From Schmidtea polychroa (Eukaryota), in NCBI GenBank assembly GCA_044892525.1, contig CM097885.1:5954001-6018000 (forward strand): a stretch of DNA of 64,000 nucleotides. The letters are read 5' to 3'. The stretch's first letter is position 1. Each line of letters begins with the position of its first letter. The translations under genes and the position numbers were made by a program. Below are positions 51,911-64,000 of the stretch, piece by piece. Below the pieces are notes generated by a model. It was not told where the DNA came from and searched no databases. It saw only the letters and a list, made by a program, of their open reading frames with translations.

Positions 51911-52238
51911 ATTGTTTAAAAAAACTTAAAAACTTATAACAATAAATAAATACTTACATTTTCGTCCTTTCGAAAGAAATTTTCCAGCATCAGCACCAGC
52001 AGAAGTATTTATTACATTTCCATCTAAAAGCATAATAAAAATAATAATGATAATAAGAGTAAACTATTACCATTTATTCTATTCATGTCTACAGCTTGTC
52101 CGTCGATATTCATTTTAATTTGTTGATTAGTACCTAATAATCATATTAAAAATAATAAAATAATAAAATAATAAATTTACCATTAATTCCTCCAACGATC
52201 TTTCCGTCAACTCTTTGAATATTGTTGTTGTTGTTCAT
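50703..52238 (-). CDS. Spliced KilA-N-like / poly-Asn / coiled-coil protein; exons 52238-52181, 52133-52071, 52023-51958, 51283-50703
   Basis: Three GT-AG introns give one frame. MNRINDGNVINTSAGADAGKFLSK...NGVTYILCP loosely matches the KilA-N pattern. Confidence 0.55.
51430..51850. repeat. Degenerate tandem repeat (AAATAAATCTTCTTTTCAT-like) in the long intron
   Basis: Repeated AAATCTTCTTTT units read directly. Confidence 0.85.
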
Positions 52239-52606
52239 GTTGCTAATAGATTTTTAAAAGTGATGAAAAAATGAAAGTGTAGACTATATAAGAGAGATAT
52301 TACAGGTTTTATTAACCGACCAATGAAAATAGAGATAGGATAGGAAAAGACACTACATGTTTGTTTATACAAACCATGACGAAATAATGACCTTTACATG
52401 TCTTTATTACTCAGTGCTTTGTTACTTTGCACTGTGCATGCACTGAACATGTAATAGTATTACATAATATTTTTAAACATAAAATTTTAAACATAAAATA
52501 ATAAAATAATAAAATAATAAAACAAATAATAATAATATTTAACAAATAATAATAATAATATTTAACAAATAATTAAAATAGTCAACAAATAAAAATCATA
52601 CATTTA

Positions 52607-52991
52607 TTAACCATCAAATTTTTTATACAACAACCATGCCAAACAGTGTTGACCACATGTTTGAGTCAATGGATTTTGAAACATAGTTTTATTATATACA
52701 ATAGGTTTCCCAATTGTTTGAAGTTTTGATATCAACAAAGCAGGATAATAGAAACCCATAGGATCGAATACGAATATATTACTAGGTTTCACATATATAG
52801 CTATCCAATGTTCTCCACCAAGATGAGACGAATGAGTATTGATGATTATGGCTTGATTATTGCTCAAATAAGGAATTTTATCAAGAGGAAAAACTCCTAC
52901 AAATTCATTTCCTAATATTTGTTTTCCAATTCGATTAACCTGAACAGAACTACTTTAATAAAATTAAACAGTATCAAAAAACTTACTCCAT
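52607..52991 (-). CDS. Adenain-like protease with a 5-nt first coding exon (intron 52950-52986)
   Basis: ATGGA|GTAAGT...TAG gives MDSVQVNRIG...FVGVFPLD...GEHWIA...FDPMG...FQ...TCGQHC. Confidence 0.88.
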
Positions 52992-53018
52992 GACAACTTT
53001 TTGTGTTTCTGTATACAT

Positions 53019-54242
53019 TTATACTAGCACGGTTCTATTTGCAATAATTTGAACTTCATTTTCAAATACTCCATATATTATAACATGTACCGGTTCAGTA
53101 ATAGCTTTTGCAAACTTAATATCCAGTCGTAAATTCCCGTTTTGTGGTAGTTGACTCTGATTTAAATCAAAATCCGGAGCTAAAACAAATGTGAAAAATG
53201 GATATTTGCTTTTAAATTCTTCTAGAGTTATTCCACAATTCAAGTTTTTATCTAAGTAACCCAGATTTCTAACAATACTCTGCATATATGTCGCACAGTA
53301 ATTATCGCTTTCGAAATCTTGAGTATATGTTTCTCTATAATCAGTATTTTTCGACAAAGTCAATGAAGTAACACCAAAATTTTTGAAAATTGAGCTGGAA
53401 GCAGTATATGATCCATTATATTGCGTTTCATTTTGAAATGTTACCAGAATAAAATTAGGCATTCTTCTGTCACCAAATATTTGTTCTTTATAGAATGATG
53501 AAGCACCTTTAGCAATAGCAAATTGTACAATTTCCTTTGTTTTTAAAGGATAAATTGCATGTTTTGAATTAAGACCCAATTGATGACCAGCTAATACTGA
53601 CGGGTCTACTCGAACTCTTCTCACCAATAATTTTGCATCAACTAATTGGCATATTGGTGCACCAGTTGCACTAGTAAGAGATAATGCAGAATCAGACCTT
53701 TTCAATCTAATGTGTACATTAACTCCTGGTAGCAAATATTTCGGTTGATCCATAAAATCGAGTTGTAATGATGAGCACATAGTGAATGATTTTGAGCCTT
53801 TAACCCACTTTTTTCTTTCATCATCTGTTGCTGCATAACCCATGGGTGTAAGACAGGTATTTTTAGTATCGGAATTGTAATTTAAAATAGTTTCTATCAA
53901 AGCCTTGTGAATGAATGTATTATTTCCGCCCTCAATCTTAATATTATTAAATCCCAAGACTGCATCTTTAAACAGAGTATGAAACATGAAATTGTTCGGT
54001 ATTACATCTGCATTGGCATCCAAAACTTTTCTATCTTTATCTACAACCTTGATCTGAACAGTCAATAAAGTATCATTCAAATCTAAATATTCAGTTTGCG
54101 AACCATTAATATAAAACTCGATATCATTTCTACTATCAGTAATTGAATTCATAGGAAAAACTTCCTCAAAGGCCCCAAATTCGATTACAGCTTGAGGCGA
54201 TGGTCTATCAAATATACATAATTCAGATTTACCACAAATCAT
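53019..54242 (-). CDS. Double jelly-roll major capsid protein
   Basis: KSELCIFDRPSPQ, EYLDLNDT, QPKYLLPGV, GNLRLDIKF, typical of the classical Maverick MCP. Confidence 0.9.
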   Translation of the reverse strand: MICGKSELCIFDRPSPQAVIEFGAFEEVFPMNSITDSRNDIEFYINGSQTEYLDLNDTLLTVQIKVVDKDRKVLDANADVIPNNFMFHTLFKDAVLGFNNIKIEGGNNTFIHKALIETILNYNSDTKNTCLTPMGYAATDDERKKWVKGSKSFTMCSSLQLDFMDQPKYLLPGVNVHIRLKRSDSALSLTSATGAPICQLVDAKLLVRRVRVDPSVLAGHQLGLNSKHAIYPLKTKEIVQFAIAKGASSFYKEQIFGDRRMPNFILVTFQNETQYNGSYTASSSIFKNFGVTSLTLSKNTDYRETYTQDFESDNYCATYMQSIVRNLGYLDKNLNCGITLEEFKSKYPFFTFVLAPDFDLNQSQLPQNGNLRLDIKFAKAITEPVHVIIYGVFENEVQIIANRTVLV

Positions 54243-54601
54243 TTTGCAAATATAGTTCCATGTCCTTTCATTCGTTTGTTTATACGCGATATTCCATGTC
54301 CTTTACGTTTTGGAGCTGGGGCTGGGGGCGTATCTTTTTGAAACATACCAGCAACTCCAGGTAGAACCTTCCCTAACTCAGCTAAAGCATTTGTTTTTAG
54401 AGATGGTAATATTTTCTGTTCATTCATAATAACATCTTTTGCAGTTTTCATACCAAAACTACCGATACGTTTAAGAATAGGAAGTGCAAATCTCCCTATT
54501 GTTTTTAACCAGCCTGATCCGTACTGTTTACCAATAAAATATGGTAATTCACCGCCAGATTGGCTATCACTATACATACTAATAATAATGGAATTAGCCA
54601 T
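54239..54601 (-). CDS. Basic core protein
   Basis: QSGG..PYFIG.QYGSG..RFALPIL motif, repeated KGHG, basic C-terminus. Confidence 0.7.
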   Translation of the reverse strand: MANSIIISMYSDSQSGGELPYFIGKQYGSGWLKTIGRFALPILKRIGSFGMKTAKDVIMNEQKILPSLKTNALAELGKVLPGVAGMFQKDTPPAPAPKRKGHGISRINKRMKGHGTIFAK

Positions 54602-55125
54602 CTACTTTACGAAAATGTAGTGTCAAATGAGTTTTTGAGTCTTTTGGGAAGTTTATAAGTTTTCCACTATCGTCACGAATATTTATTTCTATATTGTTTA
54701 TACATGAGCTTGCTATTGGTAAATACATGGGATTATCTATATTTATATTGACAACTTCATCATGTTCATATTTTCCAATCCATACCGATTTCAAAAGAGG
54801 AACACTGGAATCACCAACAATTATAGGCTCAATAATATTAGTATATATGAACATTTGTTGATGATGTTCAAGTATTCTTGGTTTACGTATACCAGCCGAT
54901 TTTTCCCGATATTGCTGCTTCTCTAATCCAAGTGTATTTGTCAAATTTTTATCAAATGTAACTTCGCAAATATCATCATTCAAACTGAAGGTAAACATCA
55001 AATCTTTCACAATGTCCAAACTTTTAAATATGTGTGAACAATTGTACTTTAAATATTTAAGTAACACATCAAGTTTATCAATATATAATTCGTCAGCAAA
55101 GGTGAATGATTCTTCAACTTCATTA

Positions 55126-56136
<1,011 letters not shown>

Positions 56137-56197
56137 TACAACAAGAAGATTTAATATTAAATTTAATGTCTGGTAATGAAGGATTAGCACCCATTGT

Positions 56198-56692
56198 TTA
56201 TGATCGACTTCCTATTATTCCACCTAATAATGATATTGCTAAAGGTATCAATGCACCGATAAATCCCCCTTGTTGTTTTTATATAATTTTTCTCATTTGT
56301 TGACGATTTTTATTATTTACTAATGATAGCAAAGGTTTCCTATGTTTACTCAATAATTGCTTTTTAGATTTACTGATTTTAATCTTACCTTTGACTACTT
56401 TAAGTATAATATCAAGTAAATCATCGACAACATAATTTGGAAAAGATTGCAAAATACTGTTTCTTTTCATACTGGGTGCTTTTAACAATGTATTGAAAAA
56501 CGGGAAACTCCGATGATTTTTAACAACTTTTACTTTCTTAGTGGTTTTACTTTTAGTTTTAGGTTTAGGATATTTCGAAATGAGATTCATTGCAGGAAAA
56601 TTTTCTGTAATAAGTTCTTTAGATGGAGTATAACTAGTTGTTGGTGGAACTTTTGGTTGTTTTTTACTCGATATCCTTGTTTTTGAAAACAT
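56198..56692 (-). pseudogene. Basic core protein with C-terminal amphipathic peptide, interrupted by TAA at 56279-56281
   Basis: The frame continues after the stop as KQQGG|FIGALIPLAISLLGGIIGSRS*. Confidence 0.7.
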
Positions 56693-56705
56693 GATTTATG
56701 TGTTT

Positions 56706-57344
56706 TCAAATTTGTTTTAAACTTTGTTTATAAACCATGGCACCTTTTGGGTTGAAAATATCTGTTTTTACCCGTATATCATCAGGACATTGTTGTGTGA
56801 AATCGAGAAATATATACCCATGAGGTATTTTCGTAGCATCTTGAAATGCACTGATAAGAAAATTACGGTTATTAGGGTATGCTTGTCGTCCAAGAAAATC
56901 GATGACAGTTGCATCTCTAGGATTCTTGAAAATAACTAGATATTGTACATTTAAATTACGTGTTCGATGTGCACCACCTTGATGAAATAGATTTTGTGTT
57001 ATGAAAATAACTTTTACACCAACATGTCTGCTGATTTTTGTGAATAAATTATTAAAATCCTTTTCTTTATTGGCTTCTTGATACAAATCATCGATAATGA
57101 TGACATCATCTTTTTTCAAACGACTTGACCAGTTTTTATCAAAACCCTTTACTATTTTCATGTTTTTCAATTGACAGAAACTTGATTGAGTCAATCCATG
57201 TTCTTCATCGGCGCCCCTATGCCAATAAATATTGTTGAATTTTGTTTTGAACAAATTAGATTTTAGTAATTTACAAACAAATAATGTTTTTCCACTACCA
57301 CTCGGACCAACGATTTGGTATACTGCATCATTTCGTAATTCCAT
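56706..57344 (-). CDS. A32/FtsK-like packaging ATPase
   Basis: GPSGSGKT, IIIDDL, SRH, ITQNLF, FKNPRD. Confidence 0.95.
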   Translation of the reverse strand: MELRNDAVYQIVGPSGSGKTLFVCKLLKSNLFKTKFNNIYWHRGADEEHGLTQSSFCQLKNMKIVKGFDKNWSSRLKKDDVIIIDDLYQEANKEKDFNNLFTKISRHVGVKVIFITQNLFHQGGAHRTRNLNVQYLVIFKNPRDATVIDFLGRQAYPNNRNFLISAFQDATKIPHGYIFLDFTQQCPDDIRVKTDIFNPKGAMVYKQSLKQI

Positions 57345-57448
57345 TTTTTAAATTTAAACTATATAATTATTGTTTATATTGATAATTTAAATGTACTCCT
57401 TTTTAAAATAACTATATATAACAGAGTTTTTATAATTATTTCATTAAA

Positions 57449-57913
57449 ATGCTTTCAAATATAAATTACATGGCAAAAGCTGATGTATCAAAAATGGTAT
57501 TTCCAATGGGGAAACCACAACAACTCATCAATAGAAGTAAAAAATATCCAATAATATATTTCAAAACTGGTAAATGTAGAATTATGGGGTGTAAGGAAAT
57601 AATCAAAGCTAGTGAATATAATGTTTATGATTTAGAAATACAATCGATAACCGTAACTTCCGATATAGGTTTTTCTTGTAATTTAAATAATTTGGCTAAA
57701 TTAATACCATGCTTTTGCGAACCAGAATTATTTCCAGCTTTGAGATATATAAAATATAACCCTATGTGTGTAAATATATTCGCTAGCGGTAAAATAGTAA
57801 TTCTTGGAATAAAAAATATTGATTACAAATGTATAGTTGATAATATCATATCTGAAATTAAATCAATAATTGAAGGAAAAGAATTTTTAGATTTTTTATT
57901 ATCACTTAATTAA
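57449..57913 (+). CDS. TATA-box-binding protein (TBP)-like
   Basis: Two TBP half-repeats: IIYFKTGKCRIMG and IQSITVTSDIGF..NL..LA...CEPELFPALRY...NIFASGKIVILG. Confidence 0.85.
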   Translation: MLSNINYMAKADVSKMVFPMGKPQQLINRSKKYPIIYFKTGKCRIMGCKEIIKASEYNVYDLEIQSITVTSDIGFSCNLNNLAKLIPCFCEPELFPALRYIKYNPMCVNIFASGKIVILGIKNIDYKCIVDNIISEIKSIIEGKEFLDFLLSLN

Positions 57914-58034
57914 TTATTTATCATTGCAAATTCAATGCAATTAAAATGCATGATTCTGATTGGTCAAAATCTAATTGGCTGATGATTATTTATAACAAAA
58001 TGTTTTCGGTTTAGTTGTCATTTATTCAACAAAA

Positions 58035-58444
58035 ATGTACAACATACAAAGTTCCGCAATCACCTCAATGAAAGAGCATGCAAATTATGGTAATTTCAAA
58101 TTTTTATTATTACATTAATATATATATTTTTTACAGATGAATATCAATCAATTATCCTGCAAAGATTATGCTTCTATTATCCAGAATTAAATGAAATTCT
58201 ACAAGATAGAGATCCAGCTATCATTCCGGATTTGGTATACAACCAAACTCGAATCTGGATATTCGATATAATAAATACCTTTCTATGGGATATCAAGATA
58301 GGAAGGGGGATGAAAGAAATGAAAGCAGAGGCTCCTTGCATTTTCGGATGTAGCTGTTGCAATTTCCGTTATCAACAATATGTTGAATGGTGTTTGGTGA
58401 AGACTCTGAGAAATCATCACTCGAGTCAGATTGTATCAAAATAA
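58035..58444 (+). CDS. Spliced hypothetical protein (exons 58035-58089, 58137-58444), Cys cluster
   Basis: GT-AG intron joins an ATG exon in frame; CIFGCSCC. Confidence 0.6.
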
Positions 58445-58732
58445 ATTTTTTTTTTATGTTGAATTGTTTTGTTTTTGTAAATCGAAATAATAGAAATAGA
58501 AATAATAATAATAGTAATAGAAATAATATAAGTAATAATAGTAATATTAGAAATAATAATAATAAAAAACAATATTTATAATAAAAACATTAATGCAACA
58601 TTAATGCAAATGACATGCAATTTAAACAAAGACATGCAATTTAAACAAAGACATACAGCAATCTGATTGGTTGATAAACAATAGTCATAGGTATAAAAAC
58701 CCTGTACCATTTCATTTTAATCATTATTTACG

Positions 58733-59152
58733 ATGACAAAGAAAATTTCAAGCACTGAAAAGCCAAAAGTTGTTCCAGAACTTGTACAACCTGTTCAAAT
58801 GTTCCACAACTATAAAATGTATTTTTTAAAAGAAGAAATCAATATAAAATTGGTGTCACCGATCAAGCTAATTCCAACTAAATTTCAATTCTTATCCGGC
58901 ACGCTTTCAATGTTAGATGTTAAATCTATTGATGAGGTTTTCAAACGGTTGAATACGAATCTATCTTGTAATCAACATGCCTGGTTCAACAACAGATATG
59001 CAAGATTTTATGATTCATTTGATGAAATCGGTTTCAAAGAAAACGAAAATTGGTATATAACAATTGCAATCCAAGGATATAAAGTTGATAATAAAGATGT
59101 GTATTCTCCAATTTGGAAAATTATGTTTGCTAGACTTTCACAACTATTTTAA
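58733..59152 (+). CDS. Hypothetical protein, possibly OB-fold ssDNA-binding
   Basis: 139 aa with upstream CCAAT (reverse) and TATAAAA. The beta-rich C-terminus ITIAIQGY...PIWKI resembles viral SSBs (weak). Confidence 0.5.
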   Translation: MTKKISSTEKPKVVPELVQPVQMFHNYKMYFLKEEINIKLVSPIKLIPTKFQFLSGTLSMLDVKSIDEVFKRLNTNLSCNQHAWFNNRYARFYDSFDEIGFKENENWYITIAIQGYKVDNKDVYSPIWKIMFARLSQLF

Positions 59153-59285
59153 TGTTATATTTAATAAATGTATTAGTCATATTTGTTTTTTCTCTTTATT
59201 AATTGCAACATTAATGCAAATGACATGCAAATTTAACAAAGAAAATCTATAAACATACTTATAATATAGTTTTAAAGTGTTATTA

Positions 59286-59620
59286 ATGACTACAGAAAAA
59301 GGTTAACATGATTAATTAAATACCGAATTATTTATTATTTAGAATTATTAATCAACTTTTTGTTGGAAAAGTTAGCAGAAATAGCTGGTGTAAAAATTGA
59401 GGATATATTATCTATTACAAATGCCTTAAATATCGGCTGGGTAGCTGAGAGTCAAGATTCAGGATTTGACAATCATGAAGAAACTCAAGAAATTGATGAC
59501 GAAGTCTATGAACCTATAGAGGAACCTAAAGATAATATTACGAATGATTGTATTGATCATGTCGTTGAAAATATAATGAAATGTGGAGATGACGATTGCG
59601 AATGTGTTAATAAATTTTAA
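59286..59620 (+). CDS. Spliced small acidic protein (exons 59286-59301, 59343-59620)
   Basis: 41-nt GT-AG intron gives MTTEKELLINFLLEKL...DSGFD...CGDDDCEC. Confidence 0.55.
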
Positions 59621-59664
59621 AATTGAATTATTTTCATTTAAATATACTATTAAAAACAATAACA

Positions 59665-60193
59665 TTAATTTTTATTCATATATCTACAGAAAATATACAT
59701 TATAACAACTCCAGTTGTAAGTTTTATATAGTTTTTCATTTTTCTTTTGATTTCATCAGTTTCTTTAAAATTGCAGGCCAGTTTATTTAATACACCCCAT
59801 CCGCCATTGGCTTCTATCCATGGGGTAAACTTGGACTTGATTATCTAGAAATGAATATTATTAAAATATAGATTATAAAAGAAATCTTACTTCTAAAGAC
59901 CAATGATAATAATGTTCTGAATCATGTTGACCTTTTGCAATGATTATCTTCATGTAGGTGAATCCTACAATTATCCTTGTCCATTTCATGTCTTCATCGA
60001 AAAGACACTGAAATATTCTATTGAAGTAATACTTCTTGGTTTCCAGGGATTCCATCTCCATCATCTGCTGATAATCGATATGTTCACCTTCAATGATTTG
60101 TTCGGTTCGATTGATCAGGAAATTGAGGCTGTCGACTATATTCGCGGTGACAATTCCGTTTAGAACATTTTCCATAAAATTTGGTTGCGACAT
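59665..60193 (-). CDS. Bcl-2 family protein, 160 aa (exons 60193-59891, 59844-59665)
   Basis: BH1-like LFDEDMKWTRIIVGFTY, BH2 FTPWIEANGGW, C-terminal hydrophobic anchor LTTGVVIMYIFC; 46-nt GTAAG...CTAG intron. Confidence 0.82.
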
Positions 60194-60310
60194 TTCTAAA
60201 ATAATTTAAAATATAATGTTTTTATTTATACTAATACCATATGATTTTGATTGGTTGATAGACTATAAATGTAAAAGAAAGGTTTTGATTTGATACACCA
60301 TAAAAACTAT

Positions 60311-60405
60311 ATTGCTAATTATTATAACGAGTGTGTGCTAACACAATACCTTAATTTTATAATATTCGACTATGTTTTTTGTTAACCATGATTTGTGATA
60401 GAAAT

Positions 60406-60462
<57 letters not shown>

Positions 60463-61014
60463 TATGTTTTATTACATTGTTTATTAATACCCTAGCGAGT
60501 TGTTGAGCGTGACCAGTACCCTTGTGAGCAGTACCCATAGGGGGACAGAATATTTTGTCGGATAGACTCGGAGTATATAGATTAATAATATATCAATGAG
60601 AACACTAACTTGTTGCGTGTGTGGACACTAATAATATTTTTATACGTTGTGTGTGTGTGTGTGACCATAGGGGAACAGAATATTTTGTCGGGTAGACTAT
60701 ATTGTGTGTGTGTAATAATAATTTTATTTTATTAAACTTTTATCAATAAGTTTTTAAAATACCGCAACGTAATATATTTAATAATTAAAATATAATAAAT
60801 TTTAAAATACCGCAACGTAATATAAATTTTAAAATACCGCAACGTAATATAAATTTTAAAAAAAAAATTTTTAAAAAAAAATTTTAAAAAAAAAATTTAA
60901 AAAAAAGCCCCCCCTCCCCCCCGGGGGAGGGGGTGGGGTATGATGTAATATGTCTTTGTGACGTCATCGATGACGTCATATGTCTTTGTTCCCGGGTCCA
61001 CACAATACCCTACT
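60311..61014 (-). repeat. Maverick-2 right TIR (704 bp)
   Basis: Inverted copy of 30494-31335. Confidence 0.95.
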
Positions 61015-62675
61015 TATGTTAAAAATAAAAAAATATTACCATATTATTTTTATTCTATATGAAAATATTTGTTGATACCCCTCTCCTTCAAAGTTGTCCC
61101 GCTTTGCCCATCTAAAAATCTGGTCACCTTAACTATGTCTCAAGATTTACGGAATAATTTAACTATCAAATAATGTTGATAATTATGATTCATTAATAGA
61201 TCAATTTTAGTGAGAAAATGTAGAAAAAAGCTTTTTTAAAGATGTTTTCACTAAGATTATTAATTATTTGTAATAAATTATACAGAACTATGAATAAAGT
61301 CATGAAGTAATAAAATTAAAAAATTGGGTAAATTATTTAGAAATCTTTCGTATCCAAAATTGAAAATTATTCCGCAAGAAATATAAAATATTGAATTTTC
61401 ACACGATTACTTTGTCACCAAGGAGAGAAAATAAAAATTGCAAATGGGGGCCCCTTAAAGTGTAATCCGGCCTTAGGTACTATGCAACAGTAACAATCAA
61501 AGCCTTAATAAAAAATTGACTATGCAAAATTAACAGAATGACTATTGTTGTCCTTGAACCAAGTCCCGGATTTGTTTCATCAAACAAGTAATAGCATGCA
61601 TTGTAAGTTAATTTAAATTCAATGAAAATCCCCAAAAAACAATGACGATTGATTGAAAAGTATAAATTAAAAGGTTAATTAACGTAGAAAATATCAAACG
61701 AAAAGGACAATCAGTCAATAAAAAATGAAAGATTTAAATAAAGTAAATAGTTTGATAGGCCATACCATAAAAGCGTGGATAAATTTAACCTGATTGGCTG
61801 AGGAAACGCACCAATCATTCAAATATACTGATTGTTCAAAAATAACGGTATACTGTAGTTTTATAAAATCTCAATTGTATGCCTTTTAATTGATAGCAAA
61901 CCTATGAAGCTGAATATTTCGAAGTTAAGTTCTGAACTTAATGTTGTTTTCGTTTTTTTGTGGCTTTCATTTCTGATGCTTGTTGTGATCATCAATAATA
62001 TTATGGACAGCACCCAATTAATATTATGAGAGGAGGTTGGTAAGTCAGTCAGTCCTGGCCCGAGATTGAATAAGTCTTAGGAAATTTTGACTGTTTCACT
62101 GATCTATTCGAGAGTCACTTTAAATGACAGATTTTGCTAAGGGTCTTGGCGTAGGTGTAGTGAGCCGTTACACGGCCTTAACAATATCTATATACCTATT
62201 ATACTATATTATATTATATTATACGATATTATATTATATATATAAATGCGCGGTCACCAGCGACTAAGGACCAAACAGAACACAATAACAGTCAATCAAA
62301 ATTCGTGCGATCAGCTAATACTTCTACTTATCAATCAGGCTCTATTAATCAATCTCAGAAGAGTAAAGCAAATTCGATGCCATGTTATCATTATCAAGAT
62401 AAACTGTATTCGGCTCCCAATAGTTTTAGTGTTGGCTCTCATAGACCAACACCCTCATCCATTACAATTCGCGAAATACGGAACAAATCCTAACAATAAT
62501 ATAAAAACCTAAATTTGTTTATTTTGCATTTATTTATTAGTAATTGACTACTTGAAATTCTTACGCGAAATTTATAAAATCGTTAAGCTTTTTAAATTAT
62601 ATATTTTTAAAAATCTGTTTATTTTTTATCGAATGATATAATTTTGTATTTTTTTGTAATTTTGTTTACTTATAT

Positions 62676-63132
62676 CAGTGCTCTTCAACCTTTCGCAGTC
62701 GTCGGAACCCTTCCAAAAACTTTCGCAGTCGTCGGAACCCTTCCAATAAAAATTTCCCCATGTATATGTGGGCATGTATATATGTATTCAATTGGGGTTG
62801 TCGATGTGGTAATTTATAAAAAAATAATGCACTTTATAATATAAAATTATTTTATTTAAATAATTAATGGCAAAAATATAAAGTTTAACATAAAAAAAAT
62901 AGAAATTTGATATTAAATGGTACTCAATGACTAGGTTGAGCCTGTTTTTTGCTACAAATTACATTGAAATCTGGTACAATTCTTGTAATTTTCAATGTAT
63001 AAAATATAAATTATTATATGTTTATTTATATTGAAAACTTTTTTTATAAGAAATCATAAAATTTGTTCGCGGAACCCATAATTTTTTATACGGAACCCAA
63101 GGGTTCCGCGGAACCCAGGTTGAAGAACACTG
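62676..63132. mobile_element. hAT-Charlie-type MITE
   Basis: TIR CAGTGCTCTTCAACC / GGTTGAAGAACACTG, perfect 8-bp TSD ACTTATAT, subterminal GGAACCC repeats. Confidence 0.92.
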
Positions 63133-64000
63133 ACTTATATGTATAAATTTTGTAAAAGAAAAAAAAAAAAAAGATTTCCTGGCTTGTTTATATATTCCAA
63201 AAAAAAATTAACTTTTTCCATCAAATTTCTAATTTGTGTATAAAAATTGAACTGTCTTTAAATATATTGAAATTTGTGATATTAATTGCGTTGGAGAATT
63301 CACTATTATATTTGTGTGATATGCAAGAAAAGTTTGCGGATTCAATGACATATTTTAATGAAAGTGTTCCTGTTTCTAATCGAATGTCAAAAGCCGCTAA
63401 ATTACCGGGTACCACAGTAGGTTTTAGACGTTTGTTCTATTCGATGATCCTTTGCTGATTAGAGGTTTACTGAATTCGCTCGTAAATTCAATATCTGCTG
63501 TTAGATTATTAGATGATAGAATAAGATCGAGTTTATTGTCAATATTTTGTTCAAAGGAATCTGAGATAATGTAGGAATTTAAAAATGCGGATAATTATTT
63601 TTGATTGAACTCATTATATTTATTTATCTCATTACTTTGCTTTTAAGCAACCCAACATTAAAAATGAATTGTGAAAAAAATACGGTGAATTTAATAATAG
63701 AATTTATTTGAATCATAAGTTAGGAATTTATCAGCAATCTAAACATTTGGATCATTTGACTGACTTTGTGATCATCAAAATATGCTTACTGTCTTTAAAT
63801 AGATTCATAGAGCATTAACCACAGTAGCTTCCCACTATTTTTGGAAACCCAGCACTGGTGAGTTACAGCCTGTAACTGACAAGTAGACTACATTTTACCT
63901 TTTCGAGATGGTTCCAGCGTAACCCAGAATACAATGATTCTGTACTACTAGATACCCGTTGAGTGATCAACGTTCGAATTGCATCTAGTGGGTGAGTATC

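Noticed and set aside
63221..64000. Possible coding remnant at the window end
   Set aside because: Short broken frames with no recognisable motif.

Overview
AT-rich eukaryotic (invertebrate) genomic DNA. Many ~40-50 nt introns and very long LTRs suggest a planarian-like host, but this is inference only. The one clear host gene is a 6-exon HDAC11 (6302-7978). Just downstream, one fossil hAT transposon (8411-61475) has been inflated to ~53 kb by nested insertions, each delimited by target-site duplications (TSDs). These are: a ~3.7 kb Gypsy-type solo LTR that holds a 14 kb Polinton/adintovirus (Polinton-1, 13941-27894); two piggyBac MITEs; and a hAT MITE that holds a second, different Maverick (Maverick-2, 30494-61014). 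Maverick-2 in turn holds a young 15.4 kb gag-only LTR retrotransposon (35125-50536). Maverick-2 is the most striking system. Besides the viral core it carries an apparent host-control cassette: a TATA-binding-protein homolog, a spliced Bcl-2 homolog, a KilA-N-like gene and other spliced ORFs. Its integrase is split by an in-frame intron made almost purely of (ATT)n. Polinton-1 has a zinc finger-PLA2-integrase fusion and, next to its right end, a Pol III (A-box/B-box/T8) small-RNA unit plus a cluster of hairpins, reminiscent of adenovirus VA RNA. All protein calls come from motif recognition by eye; no searches were run.
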